NCBI GenBank assembly: GCA_963833225.1
Contig: CAWHXD010000017.1
Location: 128,001-192,000 of the forward strand
DNA: 64,000 nt
Direction: 5' to 3'
Source of the DNA: an uncultured Chloroflexia bacterium
GTDB lineage: Bacteria; Chloroflexota; Limnocylindria; Limnocylindrales; CSP1-4
Made by a program: the position numbers and the translations under genes. Shown one piece after another: positions 18,783 through 30,670 of this stretch; the first letter of the stretch is position 1; every line of letters begins with the position of its first letter. The notes under the pieces were generated by a model. That model was not told where the DNA came from and ran no database searches. It saw only the letters and a list, made by a program, of their open reading frames with translations.

Positions 18783-19945
18783 GTGACCCGCTTCGAGCCC
18801 AACCTGCGCATCCCCGGACCGACCGCCATCCCGCCCACCGTCCGCGAGGCCGGCGGGCGCCAGATGGTCAACCATCGCGGAGAGGAGTTCAAGGCGCTGA
18901 CGATGCGGGTCGAGGCGGCGATGAAGCCGTACTTCGGCACGGTGCACGAGGTCATCCTGCTCACGTGCGCGGGCACGGGCGGGCTGGAGGCCGCGGTGGT
19001 CAACGTCCTGTCCCCGGGCGACCCGATCCTCGCCGTCACGATGGGCTCCTTCGGCGACCGGTTCGCGATGATCGCCGAGGTCTACGGGGCGGCCGTGACC
19101 CGCCTCGAGGTCGAGTGGGGCCAGGCCGCCGTCGCCGGCCGCCGTTCGCGAGGCGGCCGCGGGCGATCCCGGGGCTCAAGGCCGTGCTCCTGACCCACAA
19201 CGAGACGTCAACCGGCGTCACGAGCGACATCCCGGGCCTGGCCGCCGCCGTCCGCGAGGCGGCCCCGGATGCCCTGGTCCTGGTCGACGCGATCTCGGCG
19301 CTGGGAGCCGTGCCGTTCGAGATGGACGAGTGGGGGCTGGACCTGGTCGTCACCGGCTCGCAGAAGGCGTGGATGTCGGCGCCGGGGATGGCGTTCGCGG
19401 CGGTGGGACCGCGGGCGTGGGCCGCGGTCGAGACCGCGCGGATGCCGCGGTTCTACCTCGACCTCCGACGCCACCGGGACTCGCAGGTCAACGGGGAGAG
19501 CCCGTGGACGCCGGCCGTCGCCGTCATGTACCAGGTCGACGAGGGCCTGCGGCTGATGCGGGCCGAGGGCGACGGGGTGTTCACCCGCCACGCGGCCGCT
19601 GCCGCCATGACCCGGGCGGGGCTCCGGGCCGTCGGGTTCCGGCTGCTCGCCGAAGACGGCGTGGCCAGCAGGACCGTGACCGCGGCCTGGATCCCGGAGA
19701 CCATCGACTGGAAGGCGTTCAATGCCGGGCTGAAGAGCCGGGGCCTCGTGCTGGCCGGCGGCCAGGGCAAGCTCAAGGGCAAGATCTTCCGGCTTGGGCA
19801 CCTGGGTTCCGTGACCACCGATGACATCCTCGCGGCCATCGGCGTGCTCGAGGCCACCGCGATCGAGTGCGGCATGGACGTCCGCCCGGGCGCGGCCGTG
19901 GCCGCGGCCCAGCAGGCGCTGCTCGCGACACCGGGGAGCAACTGA
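18783..19945 (+). CDS. Class V PLP aminotransferase (serine-glyoxylate or alternative SerC type), frameshifted near 19130-19165
   Basis: IPGPT, HRGEEF and GTGGLEAA in one frame; THNETSTGV, VDAISALG, GSQKAW and FRLGHLG in another. Confidence 0.85.
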
Positions 19946-21532
19946 TGAGGATCCTGGTCGTCGAGGCCCTCGCCGCAGAGGGGCTCGAGCTGCTCCGCCG
20001 CCACCACGATGTCGACGAGCGGCTCAACCTGCCCCGGGACGAGATCGCCGCGATCCTGCCCGAGTACGACGCGCTCGTCGTGCGCAGCCAGGTCAAGGTC
20101 GATGCCGAGCTGATCGCCGCGGGCACCCGGCTCGTCGTGATCGGCCGCGCGGGCGTGGGCGTCGACAACGTCGACCTCGAGGCGGCGACCCGCGCCGGGC
20201 ATCGTGGTGGTCAACGCGCCCACCGGCAACACCATCGCGGCCGCCGAGCTCACGCTCGCGCTCCTGTTCGGGCTGGCGCGCAGGACCGCGGCCGCGGACG
20301 CCTCCATGCGCCGGGGCGAGTGGAAGCGCTGCCAGTTCACGGGCATCGAGGTGCGCGGCAAGACCCTCGGCATCGTCGGCCTCGGCAAGATCGGCCAGGC
20401 GATCGCCGGTCCGCGCGCGAGCGATGCAGATGATCGTGCTGGGATCGGACCCGTTCGTGACCCACGGAGCAGGCCGCCACCCTTGGGGTGGAGCTCGTGG
20501 AGTTCGAGGAGCTCATCACCCGGTCGGACGCCGTCGACCGTCCACGTCCCCAAGAACAAGAGCACCGCGGGCCTGATCAACGCGACGGTGATCGAGCGGA
20601 TGAAGGACGGCGTGCTGCTGCTCAACGTCGCCCGCGGCGGCATCATCGACGAGACGGATCTCGCGGCCGCCCTGCGCGCCGGCAAGGTGGGCGGCGCCGG
20701 GATCGACGTCTACACCGCGGAGCCGCCGACGGGGTCGCCCCTGCTGGACGCCCCGAACACGCTGCTCACCCCGCACCTCGGCGCCTCCACCACGGAGGCC
20801 CAGGTCGCGGTCGCGGAGGAGGTCGCGGAGCAGATCCTCGACGTCCTCGACGGCCGGCCGGCCCGCTACGCGGTCAACGCCCCGCTGCTGACCCCGGAGA
20901 CGGCCCAGGTCATCGCGCCCTACCTGCCGCTCGCGGAAACCCTTGGCCGGGTCGCCGCCCAGCTCGCCCGAAGCGCGCCGCGAACCCTCACGCTCGAGAT
21001 CGCGGGCGAGCCCGCCGCCTTCGACTCCTCGTCGCTGGTGGCGGCGGTGCTGCGCGGCCTGCTTGAGCAGGACACGGAGGAGCGGGTCAACCTGGTCAAC
21101 GCCGGCACGCTCGCCAAGGCCCGGGGCATCACAGTCGTCGAACGCAAGACCCCCGACGCCGGCAACTTCGCCTCGCTGCTGACGCTGACCGCCGAGGCCG
21201 ATGGCCAGACCGTGACCCTGGGCGGCACCGTCTCCCACGGCGAGCCACGCCTCGTCCGGCTCCAGGAGCACGCGATGGATCTCGCGCCGACCGGCGTGAT
21301 GCTCATCTCCCACCACCGCGACCGGCCCGGGACCGTGGGTCGAGTCGGCGCGTTGCTCGGGACCGCCGACGTGAACATCAGCTCGATGACCCTCGCCCGG
21401 TCCGCGCCCCGGGCCGACGCGTTCATGGTCCTTGCCCTCGACGACGACGTGCCGGACAGCCTCATCGACGCGCTGCGGGCGGACGAGGCGATCATCGACT
21501 GCTGGGTCATCCGCCTCGGCCACGGCCGATGA
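19945..21532 (+). CDS. serA: D-3-phosphoglycerate dehydrogenase with ACT domain, about four frameshifts at 20195-20540
   Basis: GRAGVGVDNVD, NAPTGNTIAAAE, GLGKIG, NVARGGIIDE, TPHLGASTTEAQ and ACT motif DRPG, spread across frames. ATG overlaps the upstream TGA. Confidence 0.92.
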
Positions 21533-22377
21533 GCGAGGCGTCCGCGGCGCCGCTCATCCCGGAGGGCCTCGACGCCACGCTCGTCCTCCTCCGGCACGGC
21601 GAGACGGAATGGATCCTCCAGGGCCTGTTCCAGGGCCAGGGCGAGACGCCGCTCTCCGCCCTCGGCCGCCGGCAGGCGGAGCTCGCAGGGACGCGGCTCG
21701 CGCGCCCGCAGGATCCTCCCCCGCTGCCCGTCCCCGCCGGGCGTCCGCTCGAGATCGTCCATTCGCCGCTCGAGCGGACCGCGGCAACGGCCGAGGCGGT
21801 CGCCGCGGCCATCCGCCGCGAAGCTGTTGGCGCCGGTGAGGGCCCCGACGAGATGGTCGTCCGCCCGGATCCCGGCATCCTGGAGCTCGGGCAGGGCGAG
21901 TGGGAGGGCATCCACCAGGACGAGATCGCGCGACGATGGCCGGACGTCCTGGGGGGATGGCGCCGTCGCCCGTGGGAAACGTGGGCACCCGGCGGCGAGT
22001 CGCCCGCCGAGGCGCAGGCACGGGTCCGGCCCGCGCTGGCCGCCGTCCTCGAGCGTCTCGGCCGCGATCACCCACGCGGAACGCTCGACCGCCCCCAGGT
22101 GCACGGCTACGCCGGCGTCAGCGGGCCCGCCACCCAGCCGTGGTCGATCCTGGTGGGCCATGACGGTGTGTTCAAGATCGTGATGCTCACCCTGTTCGGG
22201 CTCCCCCTCACGCACTTCTGGATGTTCACCATGGCGCTGACCGGGATCACCGTGGTCGAGTTCCGGGGCGGCCGGGCGGTCGTCCGGGCGGCAAACCTCA
22301 CCGAGCACCTGGCGCCCATCGCCGACGAGCAGGCCCGCGAGGCCGCCGAGCAGCGGGCTCGCTCGGGCGCAATGTAG
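21529..22377 (+). CDS. Histidine phosphatase family protein, candidate metal-independent phosphoserine phosphatase
   Basis: LLRHGETEW, SPLERT, ELGQGEWEG, GGES and VGHDG motifs; ATGA overlap with serA. Confidence 0.8.
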   Translation: MSEASAAPLIPEGLDATLVLLRHGETEWILQGLFQGQGETPLSALGRRQAELAGTRLARPQDPPPLPVPAGRPLEIVHSPLERTAATAEAVAAAIRREAVGAGEGPDEMVVRPDPGILELGQGEWEGIHQDEIARRWPDVLGGWRRRPWETWAPGGESPAEAQARVRPALAAVLERLGRDHPRGTLDRPQVHGYAGVSGPATQPWSILVGHDGVFKIVMLTLFGLPLTHFWMFTMALTGITVVEFRGGRAVVRAANLTEHLAPIADEQAREAAEQRARSGAM

Positions 22378-22430
22378 GTCCGGACGGGCCGCCGAGAGGA
22401 CGCCGCCCGTTGAGCGCGACCGGGCCTGTC

Positions 22431-24725
22431 CTAGGGGCGCCGGCGGCGGTCCGGCCGCCGGAGGGCCAGCCGGAGCATCGTCAGCCGCAGCCGGCGCGTG
22501 GCATCGCGCACGGCCTGGAGCCGCGCGCCGATGATCGACGCGCGGGCGTAGACCGTCTCCACCCGGGCGACGGCGACCGTCTGGAGGTCCTCCTCGGCGG
22601 CCGGGACGAGCTCGCCCAGCGAGGCCGCGTACTCATAGATCGTTTCGGTCGGCCGCGGCGCGAACCCGAACCGCGATGCGGTCTTCGACAGTGCCTGCCA
22701 CGCGCGCTCCGGGCTGACCTCCCCGCGCGGCCCACGGGCCCAGGCCGTCACGGCGACGGCGACGATCGCCAGCGCGAGCAGAACCCCGAGGATGATGAGC
22801 AGGGCGGTGTCGCCGCTTCGAGATGGGACGGGTCCCCCCGGGCCCCCGCCCCCGAAGTCCTCGCGACCCCTGTTGAAGAATGACCGTTCGGGGATCCCTG
22901 CCCCGGCGCTCGAGGACGGCGCCGGCGTCGCCGGCTCGACGACCGCCCCCTCGGGGAGCGCGGCCGGTCGTCCGATGCCGCCGCCGGTCGGGTCGAACGG
23001 GATCCAGCCGTAGCCCGGGAAGTAGACCTCGACCCAGGCGTGGGCGTTGCTGTTGCGGACGGTCTCGAGGTTGCCGACCCGCTCGCCGGGCAGGAATCCC
23101 TGGACGAGGCGAGTGGGGATCGGGTTCTCGGGATCAGCGGCGCGGAGGAGGATGGCCATCGTCGAGGCGTAGTGCAGGCAGTAGCCGGCCTTCTCTCGCG
23201 CGAAGCATTCAACGGCGCCGGCGTCGCAGTCGATGCCGGTCACGTCGGGCGTGTACCGGAACCGGTCGGACCTCAGGTAGGTCTCCATCGCCTTGGCGAG
23301 GTCGAACGGGTTGTCGCTCGTGGTCGTCGCCCGGATCGCCTCGAGCAGCTCCCGTGCGTCGGGACCCATCGCGCCGGGGGGCACGGCAGTGTAGCGGGCA
23401 GCGATGTCCGGCGGGTAGTCCTGGCCGGCTGCGCGCAGCCGGTTCTCCGTCAGCCCGTCCGGTTCCTCCGTCCTGAACACGGCGGCGGTCAGCGCGTACG
23501 GGTCGCGCGACCCTGGCAGGTCGACGCCGGCAAACCAGCCGTCGCTCCCGAACAGCAGCAGGTTTGCCGCGCGGCTCACCGACGTCGGGGTGCCGGGCGA
23601 GAGCATCAGCGTGTCTCGGAAGTCGGCCGGATGGACCTCCACCTCGACCGAGGTCGTGAGATCCGGGTTGGGCTCTTCGGGCAGCCCGCCGAGCAGCGGC
23701 TGTCCCGGCTCGACGGGAACCGCCGTGACCGCCGACTGGGTCCAGGCGTTGCCCTCGTACGTGTCGTAGGTGGCCGCGCGCCACTTCTGGCCCTGCGTCT
23801 CGGGCGGCACGAGCGCCGTGAACGTGATCTGGCCGTCGGTGAACCACCGGGGGGCGATCCGTGCCGAGGACCCGAACGAGACCCCACCGCCACCGCGCCA
23901 GTCGCCGCCGGCAGGCAGGAGCCGGGCGATCTGCTCGAACGTGTCGAGCGCCTGGTCGCTGATCCCGACCCATGCCCCGGCGAGCGGTGCGGACGCCGCG
24001 CGCTGGGTGAGCACCAGCGAGGCCCCCATCGCGACGACGATGAACACCGTTCCACCCCGCAGGTAGAGCCACGACAGCTGGGACGGATCCCCGATCTGCC
24101 GCCTGAGCCATGTCGCCCGCTCGTCGAACATGTGCATCGCGATCAGCAGGACCAGCGAGATCGCGATGAACAGCACCAGGAACCCCAGCTGGTCGCGAGC
24201 TGTGAGGGCCATGTTCGCGAGCACCACGAGCCCGACGACCACCACGGCGCTCAGCGGGCGATGGTGGCCGAAGATGGCATACGCGGCAAACTGCATGGTG
24301 CCCCACACGATCGCGCCAAGCGTGAGCGTGTAGTGGACCTCCTGGTCCGTGAGCAGCAGGCCGCGCCAGGCCAGGTCGAGGTAGGCATCGGTCGTTCCGG
24401 CGGCGGTGAACCGGAACGCTTCAGCGACCGAGCTGCCCGGCAGCGATGCCCAGCCGGCGATGATCGGGATCAGGAGACCCGCGAACAGCGCCCCCACGAG
24501 ATGGGTGGTCCAGCGGCTCCAGCCAAGCTTGGGACCGGCGAACCCGGCGAGCGCCCCCAGCAGCCCGCACAGCGGGAGCGCATCCGTCAGCGCGCCGCGG
24601 CCATTGACCCACGCCGGGTCGTCGATGATCCAGCCGAGGAGAAACGCCATGGCGGCCACGAGGATGACCACCGTCCAGCCCTCCATCGGGCGGCGCAGGC
24701 GGAGCTCGCGCTTGTTCTCGTTCAT
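22431..24725 (-). CDS. Membrane protein with transglutaminase-like domain (TgpA-like)
   Basis: Multi-TM N-terminus; triad motifs [16 protein letters not shown] and WIPFDPT. Confidence 0.88.
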   Translation of the reverse strand: MNENKRELRLRRPMEGWTVVILVAAMAFLLGWIIDDPAWVNGRGALTDALPLCGLLGALAGFAGPKLGWSRWTTHLVGALFAGLLIPIIAGWASLPGSSVAEAFRFTAAGTTDAYLDLAWRGLLLTDQEVHYTLTLGAIVWGTMQFAAYAIFGHHRPLSAVVVVGLVVLANMALTARDQLGFLVLFIAISLVLLIAMHMFDERATWLRRQIGDPSQLSWLYLRGGTVFIVVAMGASLVLTQRAASAPLAGAWVGISDQALDTFEQIARLLPAGGDWRGGGGVSFGSSARIAPRWFTDGQITFTALVPPETQGQKWRAATYDTYEGNAWTQSAVTAVPVEPGQPLLGGLPEEPNPDLTTSVEVEVHPADFRDTLMLSPGTPTSVSRAANLLLFGSDGWFAGVDLPGSRDPYALTAAVFRTEEPDGLTENRLRAAGQDYPPDIAARYTAVPPGAMGPDARELLEAIRATTTSDNPFDLAKAMETYLRSDRFRYTPDVTGIDCDAGAVECFAREKAGYCLHYASTMAILLRAADPENPIPTRLVQGFLPGERVGNLETVRNSNAHAWVEVYFPGYGWIPFDPTGGGIGRPAALPEGAVVEPATPAPSSSAGAGIPERSFFNRGREDFGGGGPGGPVPSRSGDTALLIILGVLLALAIVAVAVTAWARGPRGEVSPERAWQALSKTASRFGFAPRPTETIYEYAASLGELVPAAEEDLQTVAVARVETVYARASIIGARLQAVRDATRRLRLTMLRLALRRPDRRRRP

Positions 24726-25936
24726 CGCGCGAGGGCCTCGGCAAGGGGCTGGTGCGGGCCCACGTGCACCGTGGGCAGCTCGAACTCGGCGAGCGCGTGG
24801 GCGAGGGCGCGGGCACGCTGGTGCTGGTGCTCGCGGCCCTCCTCGTCGCCGGCGGGCTCGAAGGCGGCGCCGTCGAGCGCAACGACCACGGCGCCGATGC
24901 CGCGTGTCTTGAGCGCCGCGAGCGGCCGCACGAACTCGGGATCGTCGGTGGGCGTGATGATGATCGCCGTCATGCCGCGCCGGAGCCGCGGCAGGCTGCC
25001 GAGCAGCGCTTCGCCCAGCGGTGTCTGACCGTCGGCTTCCACGGCGGCGAGCAGCTGGAGGATCTTGAGCCGCTGACGGGCGCCACGGTCCGCCGGCAGG
25101 ATGGTGAGCCGGTTGCCGCTCACGGTGAGACCCACCGCGCGGTTCTCACCCAGCGCCTTCTCGGCGATCGATGCGGCGGCCCGGATCGCGATCTCGGTCG
25201 TCGAGCTGTCCCCGAAGCCCGCCTCGAGGCCGGCGTCGAGGTCGAGGACGATCCAGGCGTCGGCGGTCTGCTCGAGGTCGAACTCCTTGACCTGGATCTC
25301 GCCTGTGCGAGCGGTGGTGGGCCAGTGGATCCGGTTCATCGAGTCGCCGGGGGCATACGGCCGCACCGAGGTGGCCAGCGGGGTGGTCTGGAGCGTCCGC
25401 TCGGGCTGGGCATGCGGGCCGTCGATGCTGGCCGGAGGCAGCCTCCACAGCGGCAGCCGGTCAACCCGCGGGTAGACGACGATGGTCATCCCCTGCCCGA
25501 CGTCCGCCGAGGCCTCGAAGAATCCGAACGGATCACCGGTCCGGATCTGGAGCGATTCGATGCGGTAGTGGCCGCGGTGCTGGAACGAGCCACGGACCAG
25601 CCAGGACCGCTCCCTCCGCCCGCCCAGCGAGAGGGCTCGGCCCGGCAGGCCGCCCGGCAAGGTGGTGGGGTTGTACACCTCCAGCCACGGCTTTGGCAGG
25701 CGTCCGGTGTTGCGCAGCGTATACGTGACCCGGAGCCGGTCGCCCACGTGCGCCGTCAGCTGGCTGACCGCGTAGCCCGCCTCGAGATCGGACAGGCCGA
25801 GGCGGGTGAGGATGTAGCTGCCGCCACCGATCAGCAGCGCGACGTAGACCAGGAAGAACAGGAATGGCCACCCGGTCGAGAACGCCGCCACCACGAGCAC
25901 GACGGCAACGACGATGAGCTGGAGGCGGCGAAGCAT
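24722..25936 (-). CDS. DUF58 domain protein
   Basis: DPFGFF and [29 protein letters not shown] motifs. Confidence 0.9.
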   Translation of the reverse strand: MLRRLQLIVVAVVLVVAAFSTGWPFLFFLVYVALLIGGGSYILTRLGLSDLEAGYAVSQLTAHVGDRLRVTYTLRNTGRLPKPWLEVYNPTTLPGGLPGRALSLGGRRERSWLVRGSFQHRGHYRIESLQIRTGDPFGFFEASADVGQGMTIVVYPRVDRLPLWRLPPASIDGPHAQPERTLQTTPLATSVRPYAPGDSMNRIHWPTTARTGEIQVKEFDLEQTADAWIVLDLDAGLEAGFGDSSTTEIAIRAAASIAEKALGENRAVGLTVSGNRLTILPADRGARQRLKILQLLAAVEADGQTPLGEALLGSLPRLRRGMTAIIITPTDDPEFVRPLAALKTRGIGAVVVALDGAAFEPAGDEEGREHQHQRARALAHALAEFELPTVHVGPHQPLAEALAR

Positions 25937-25983
25937 CCTGGTCGGTACCTCCGGCCGGACCTGGGTTTGTGCGGCTCCGGCCG

Positions 25984-26970
25984 TCAGCCCGCGGGACTGG
26001 GCCGGACCTCGCGCGGGCCGCCGGCGGTTGCGCGGCCGGCCTCGATCGCGATCGTATCGACGAGCTCGCGCACGACGTGTGCGGCGGCGATGTCGTGGAT
26101 CGAGGAGCTGGTCTTGATGATGACGCGATGGGCGAGCGCGGGCTCGGCCAGCGCCTTCACGTCGTCGGGGATCACGTAGTCACGGCCGAGCAGGCCGGCG
26201 AGCGCCTGGGAGGCTCGGTAGAGGGCGATCGACCCGCGCGGGCTGGCGCCGAGGTAGACGTCCGGGTGGGTCCGGGTCGAGGCCACGAGGCGCACGATGT
26301 AGTCGCTGACGGCCGGGTCGACGTAGATCTCGCGGACGTTGGCCTGGAGCGTGCGGAGCTCGTCCACCGAGCACACTTCCGAGAGGTCGTCGATGGGGTG
26401 CGTCCGCTTCTGCTCATCGAGGATCACGATCTCGTCGAGGAGCGCCGGGTAGCCGAGACGGATCCGGAGCATGAACCGATCCAGCTGGGCTTCCGGGAGG
26501 GCGAACGTGCCCTCGTACTCGATCGGGTTCTGGGTCGCGATCACGAGGAACGGGTCCGGCATCGGGTGGGTCACGCCGTCGATCGTGGACTGGCGCTCCT
26601 CCATGCACTCGAGCAAGCTTGACTGCGTCTTGGGGGTCGCCCTGTTGATCTCATCCGCGAGCACGACCTGGCTCATGACCGGGCCGGGCCGGAACTGGAA
26701 CTCCTGGGTCTTCTGGTTGTAGATGGACAGGCCGGTCACGTCGGACGGCAGCAGGTCCGGGGTGAACTGGATCCGCCGGAACGTGCAGCCCAGGCTCTTG
26801 GCGATGGCCTTCGCCAGCACCGTCTTGCCCGTGCCAGGCACGTCCTCGATCAGGAGGTGGCCGCGGCACATCAGGGCGACCAGGGCGAGGCGGACCTCGT
26901 GGTGCTTGCCGACGATCACGCGCTCGACGTTCGCGAGGACCTTGTCGCCAACCTGCTGGATGCTGCTCAT
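25984..26970 (-). CDS. moxR: MoxR family AAA+ ATPase
   Basis: [44 protein letters not shown] and LPEAQLDRF motifs. Confidence 0.93.
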   Translation of the reverse strand: MSSIQQVGDKVLANVERVIVGKHHEVRLALVALMCRGHLLIEDVPGTGKTVLAKAIAKSLGCTFRRIQFTPDLLPSDVTGLSIYNQKTQEFQFRPGPVMSQVVLADEINRATPKTQSSLLECMEERQSTIDGVTHPMPDPFLVIATQNPIEYEGTFALPEAQLDRFMLRIRLGYPALLDEIVILDEQKRTHPIDDLSEVCSVDELRTLQANVREIYVDPAVSDYIVRLVASTRTHPDVYLGASPRGSIALYRASQALAGLLGRDYVIPDDVKALAEPALAHRVIIKTSSSIHDIAAAHVVRELVDTIAIEAGRATAGGPREVRPSPAG

Positions 26971-27368
26971 CGGACTCCCGTCAACGTGTGGGACGCGGGT
27001 TGGCTCGAGGGCCTGCGATCCCAGTGTACGACCGACGCGACGATGGGGCCCCGGCGGGGCACCGCGCGCCAGACGGCTGGCATCCACTTGTTCGCCACGT
27101 CGCAGGTTGCGGATTGTCGCCTGCCACCGGGCCCGCTGGGCGGAACGGCGTTCCGCCGGCGGCGATGCGGCTTCACAGGCAACGGTTTCGCCTACGGACG
27201 GTCACGGGCGGCCGGTCCCCTCGGATTCGCGGCCTGCCAGGCGACCCTTTCGCCGGGGCCGGCACGTGCGTTGACCCTCGCGCAACGATAGTGCCTGCGA
27301 GACGGTTGCCGCGGCGAAATCATGGACTCCCAGGCAACGCGCCGTAGCGCCCGGGCGGCGACGCGGGC

Positions 27369-27602
27369 TCAATGCCCCTTGAACAGGGTCAGGCTGCCCA
27401 CCCAGAGGACCATCAGGCAGCCGGCGGCGGCCATGATCCCGAAGAACGGCTCGCCACCGGCAAACGCCGCGACCGCCACGACCGCAAACAGGGCGGCCAT
27501 CACAAGCGCGAGGAACGCCATCCCGATCCGCTCGATGAACGGCCGCGGAGGCGGCTCGGCACCGGGCGGCGTCCGTTGGGATCCGGAGGTTGGGGTCGTC
27601 AT
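27369..27602 (-). CDS. Small 2-TM membrane protein
   Basis: 77 aa with two hydrophobic helices; TAGGCT lies 7 nt before the ATG. Confidence 0.7.
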   Translation of the reverse strand: MTTPTSGSQRTPPGAEPPPRPFIERIGMAFLALVMAALFAVVAVAAFAGGEPFFGIMAAAGCLMVLWVGSLTLFKGH

Positions 27603-27680
27603 CGGACCGAGCCTACCGCGCCGCCGGCCGCGATGAATGCCGTGGCGACGAACGGGGCCGGGACGGGGCCGGTCGAAGCC

Positions 27681-29213
27681 TCACGGGGCTCCGTAGAGCT
27701 CGAAGTAGCGAGCCAGCAGATCGCCGGCCATCGGGGCCGCGGTCTCCCCTCCCCGGCCGCCACGCTCGACGAGCACCGCGATGACGACCCGGGGGTTCTC
27801 AACGGGGGCGAACCCGATGAACCAGGAGTGGGGCTCGCCCTTGCCGCCGAGCTCGGCGGTGCCGGACTTGCCGGCCGTCGGGATCCCCGGCACGGCCGCC
27901 CCCGAGGTGAACTGCCGGCCCAGGTCGCCCTCGACGGCCTGCTCCATCGCCACCTGCAGGGCGCGCGCGTCGTCCTCGCCCATCACGCGGCGCCAGACCT
28001 CAGGGTGGATCGTGCGGGCTCCTGGCCCGTCGCCGGTGAGGGCCGCGACGAGATGGGGCTTCATCAGGACGCCGTCGTTGGCTACCGCGGACGCCACGAG
28101 CGCCATCTGCAGCGGCGTCACGAAGGTCTCCCCCTGGCCGAACGCTGCCGACGCCAGCTCGGCATCATCGGTGAACCCCCCGGGCTGGCTCCCGGCCCCG
28201 GACGTGACCGACGAGATCGCCGTCGGCAGGTCGAACGGGATCGGGGCTCCAAAGCCCAGGTCTGCGGCTTCGCTCACCAGCCGCTCACCGCCGATGCGAA
28301 GGCCGGCCAGGGCGTACCAGATGTTGCAGCTGACCTCCGTCGCCCCCGTCAGGTCGAGCGCGACGTCGCCGGTCATGGGGTGATGCCCGTCCCGGATCCG
28401 GAACCCGTCCACCAGGAGGCCGCTGGTCTCGGCGACCGGCTGCTGGGGGAAGGTGGTGGACGGCTCGATCGCGCCGCTGTCGAGCCCGGCGATCGCGGTC
28501 ATGATCTTGAGCACCGATCCCGGCACGTACCGGCCGAGCGTGGCCCGTGGCAGCAGGGGCCGGGCCTCGTCCGCCTGGAGCGCCTCGAAGGTGCGTGTCG
28601 CGGTGGCGGGGTCAGCGATGGCCGACGCGTCGTACACGGGCGTCGAGGCGAGCGCCAGGATCTCGCCGGTGGCCGGGTCAAGCATCACCACCGCGCCGGT
28701 GTTGCTGCCCAGGGCCTTCACCGCGGCACGTTGCAGGCGGAGGTCAAGCGTCAGCCGCAGCCCGAGCCGCCGGTCAGGAACGCTGGTGAACTTGCCCAGG
28801 AGATCGCCCAGCGCGCCGGACCCCGAGAGACCCAGCAGCTGGGCGTTGTAGGTGCGCTCCAGGCCGGCCGTGCCGTACTTGCGCGAGGCGTAGCCAACGA
28901 CCTGGCTGATCGCGTCGTCCCGGTACCACCGAAGCGCCTCGCCGTTGGCGTCGCGGTCGCTGCGGGCCAGCCACAGCCCGTTGCGGTCCTCGATCTCGCC
29001 CCGTAGCGCGCGTCGCGCGATCGCCACGACCGCCGGGTTGTCGGGCGCCGTCGACAGGCGCTCCGCCTCGGCGACCTGCCACCACCCCGCGCCCACACCG
29101 AGCACCGAGAACGCGACCGCGATCGCGACGCCCGTCCGGAACACGTTCGCCCTGATCCCCCGCGAGCGTCGCCGGCGGAGCTGGCGGTCCACGATCGGCC
29201 GCGGCTGGCTCAT
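27681..29213 (-). CDS. pbpA: Class B penicillin-binding protein (PbpA-like)
   Basis: PGSVLK (SxxK), SCN (SxN) and KSGTAE motifs; N-terminal TM; follows rodA. Confidence 0.85.
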   Translation of the reverse strand: MSQPRPIVDRQLRRRRSRGIRANVFRTGVAIAVAFSVLGVGAGWWQVAEAERLSTAPDNPAVVAIARRALRGEIEDRNGLWLARSDRDANGEALRWYRDDAISQVVGYASRKYGTAGLERTYNAQLLGLSGSGALGDLLGKFTSVPDRRLGLRLTLDLRLQRAAVKALGSNTGAVVMLDPATGEILALASTPVYDASAIADPATATRTFEALQADEARPLLPRATLGRYVPGSVLKIMTAIAGLDSGAIEPSTTFPQQPVAETSGLLVDGFRIRDGHHPMTGDVALDLTGATEVSCNIWYALAGLRIGGERLVSEAADLGFGAPIPFDLPTAISSVTSGAGSQPGGFTDDAELASAAFGQGETFVTPLQMALVASAVANDGVLMKPHLVAALTGDGPGARTIHPEVWRRVMGEDDARALQVAMEQAVEGDLGRQFTSGAAVPGIPTAGKSGTAELGGKGEPHSWFIGFAPVENPRVVIAVLVERGGRGGETAAPMAGDLLARYFELYGAP

Positions 29214-30670
29214 GCCAGCTCCCTGCGGAGCCGGAACCCGCGGAGGCGCCGCCGGCCGTCCCGCGGCGCCGGCGGCGGCTCGGTTCCAGGGTCCGAGAGG
29301 ACCAGGAGCAGTCCGACGACGACGGCGTTCGCGAGCAACGACGATCCCCCGTAGGAGATGAACGGCAGGGTGATGCCTGTCAGCGGAATGAGCTTGAGGT
29401 TGCCGGCGGCGATGATGAACGCCTGGACCCCGATGACGAGGGCCAGACCGGCCGCCAGCAGCGAACGGAAGTCATCGCGCGCCATCGCCGCGATGCGCAG
29501 GCCCCTGGACACGACCACCAGGTACAGGCCCAGGAGCGCCAGCAGCCCGACCAGGCCCAGCTCCTCGCCCAGCGCGGCCAGCGGGTAGTCGCTGTGGACG
29601 GCGGGGATCGGCAGGTTTCCCCCGATCGTCGGCAGGCCCGCACCGAGACCCACCCCGAGAATGCCGCCCCTTCCGAACGCGTACAACGCCTGGACCACCT
29701 GGAAGCCGGCCCCCTGCGGGTCGCGCCATGGGTCGATCCAGTTGTCCACCCGCGCCTGCACGTGTCCGAACACGTTGTAGAGCACGATGGAGCCGCCGGC
29801 GAACAGCAGCAGGCCAAGGACCACGTAGCTCGGCCGGCCGGTCGCCACGTAGAGCAACGCCAGGAACACGACGAAGAACAGCAGGGCCGCACCCAGGTCA
29901 CGCTGGACCACGACGATCCCCAGCGCGATCGCCCACATGGCGACCATCGGCGCGAGGTACGGGAGGGGTGGTAGGCGAAGCGGGCCGATGCGGGTGCTCT
30001 CCTCCGCGAGGAGGGCACGGTTCTCCGAGAGGTACGCGGCGAGGAACACGACGAGGATCACCTTGAGCAGCTCGCTCGGCTGACCCGCGATCGGCCCGAT
30101 CGAGAGGCTCAGCCTCGCCCCGTTGACCTCCGACCCGAGCACGAACACGAGCAGCAGCAACCCGATCCCGGCCGCGGCCCAGGTGTACTTGTAGGTGCGC
30201 AGCCAGGCGTCGGATCGGACGGCGAGGCCGATCGCGATGATCACCGACAGGGCGACCAGCAGCCACGCGAGCTGGAGCTGCCCCAGACCGAGCACGGCGT
30301 CGCCGAACGACTGGGTGACGAGCGTCTGCGGCAGCCGCTGCATGAGCAGCAGGCCGATGCCGCCGAGCATCCCGACGGCGGGCAGCAGGACCTGGTCGGT
30401 GCGGCGGCCGGCAAGGACGAAGGCGAGATGCGCCGCGAACAGCGAGCCCACGTAGACGAGCAGGCCCTGGGCATCGGGGGGGCCGAAGTCGAGCGCCTTG
30501 AGCGTCTTGCCGGCCTCCGTGGCCGTGCGCAGCTGCTGGGTGGCGCCCAGGGACATCGCCCCCACCACGAGCGTGACGCCGACGAGGCCCAGCAGCATCA
30601 GCTCCGTGGGTCGCGGCCGCGGGTGGATCCGCAGTCTGAACCTGGGGCGTGCCTGGGCGAGGACGCTCAC
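29210..30670 (-). CDS. rodA: SEDS family peptidoglycan polymerase (RodA/FtsW)
   Basis: QPSELLK, QRDLGAA, HSDY...GEELG and PLTGITLPFISYGGSS motifs. Confidence 0.9.
   Translation of the reverse strand: MSVLAQARPRFRLRIHPRPRPTELMLLGLVGVTLVVGAMSLGATQQLRTATEAGKTLKALDFGPPDAQGLLVYVGSLFAAHLAFVLAGRRTDQVLLPAVGMLGGIGLLLMQRLPQTLVTQSFGDAVLGLGQLQLAWLLVALSVIIAIGLAVRSDAWLRTYKYTWAAAGIGLLLLVFVLGSEVNGARLSLSIGPIAGQPSELLKVILVVFLAAYLSENRALLAEESTRIGPLRLPPLPYLAPMVAMWAIALGIVVVQRDLGAALLFFVVFLALLYVATGRPSYVVLGLLLFAGGSIVLYNVFGHVQARVDNWIDPWRDPQGAGFQVVQALYAFGRGGILGVGLGAGLPTIGGNLPIPAVHSDYPLAALGEELGLVGLLALLGLYLVVVSRGLRIAAMARDDFRSLLAAGLALVIGVQAFIIAAGNLKLIPLTGITLPFISYGGSSLLANAVVVGLLLVLSDPGTEPPPAPRDGRRRLRGFRLRRELA

Noticed and set aside
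19945-20560. Programmed ribosomal frameshifting or pseudogenisation of serA
   Set aside because: About four shifts within 350 bp, with no slippery heptamers seen and all motifs intact, fit sequencing error better.
27205-27235. c-di-AMP (ydaO) riboswitch suggested by GAATCC..GGGGACC on the minus strand
   Set aside because: The spacing is too short and the second symmetric half is not evident; kept only as an unassigned structured-RNA candidate.
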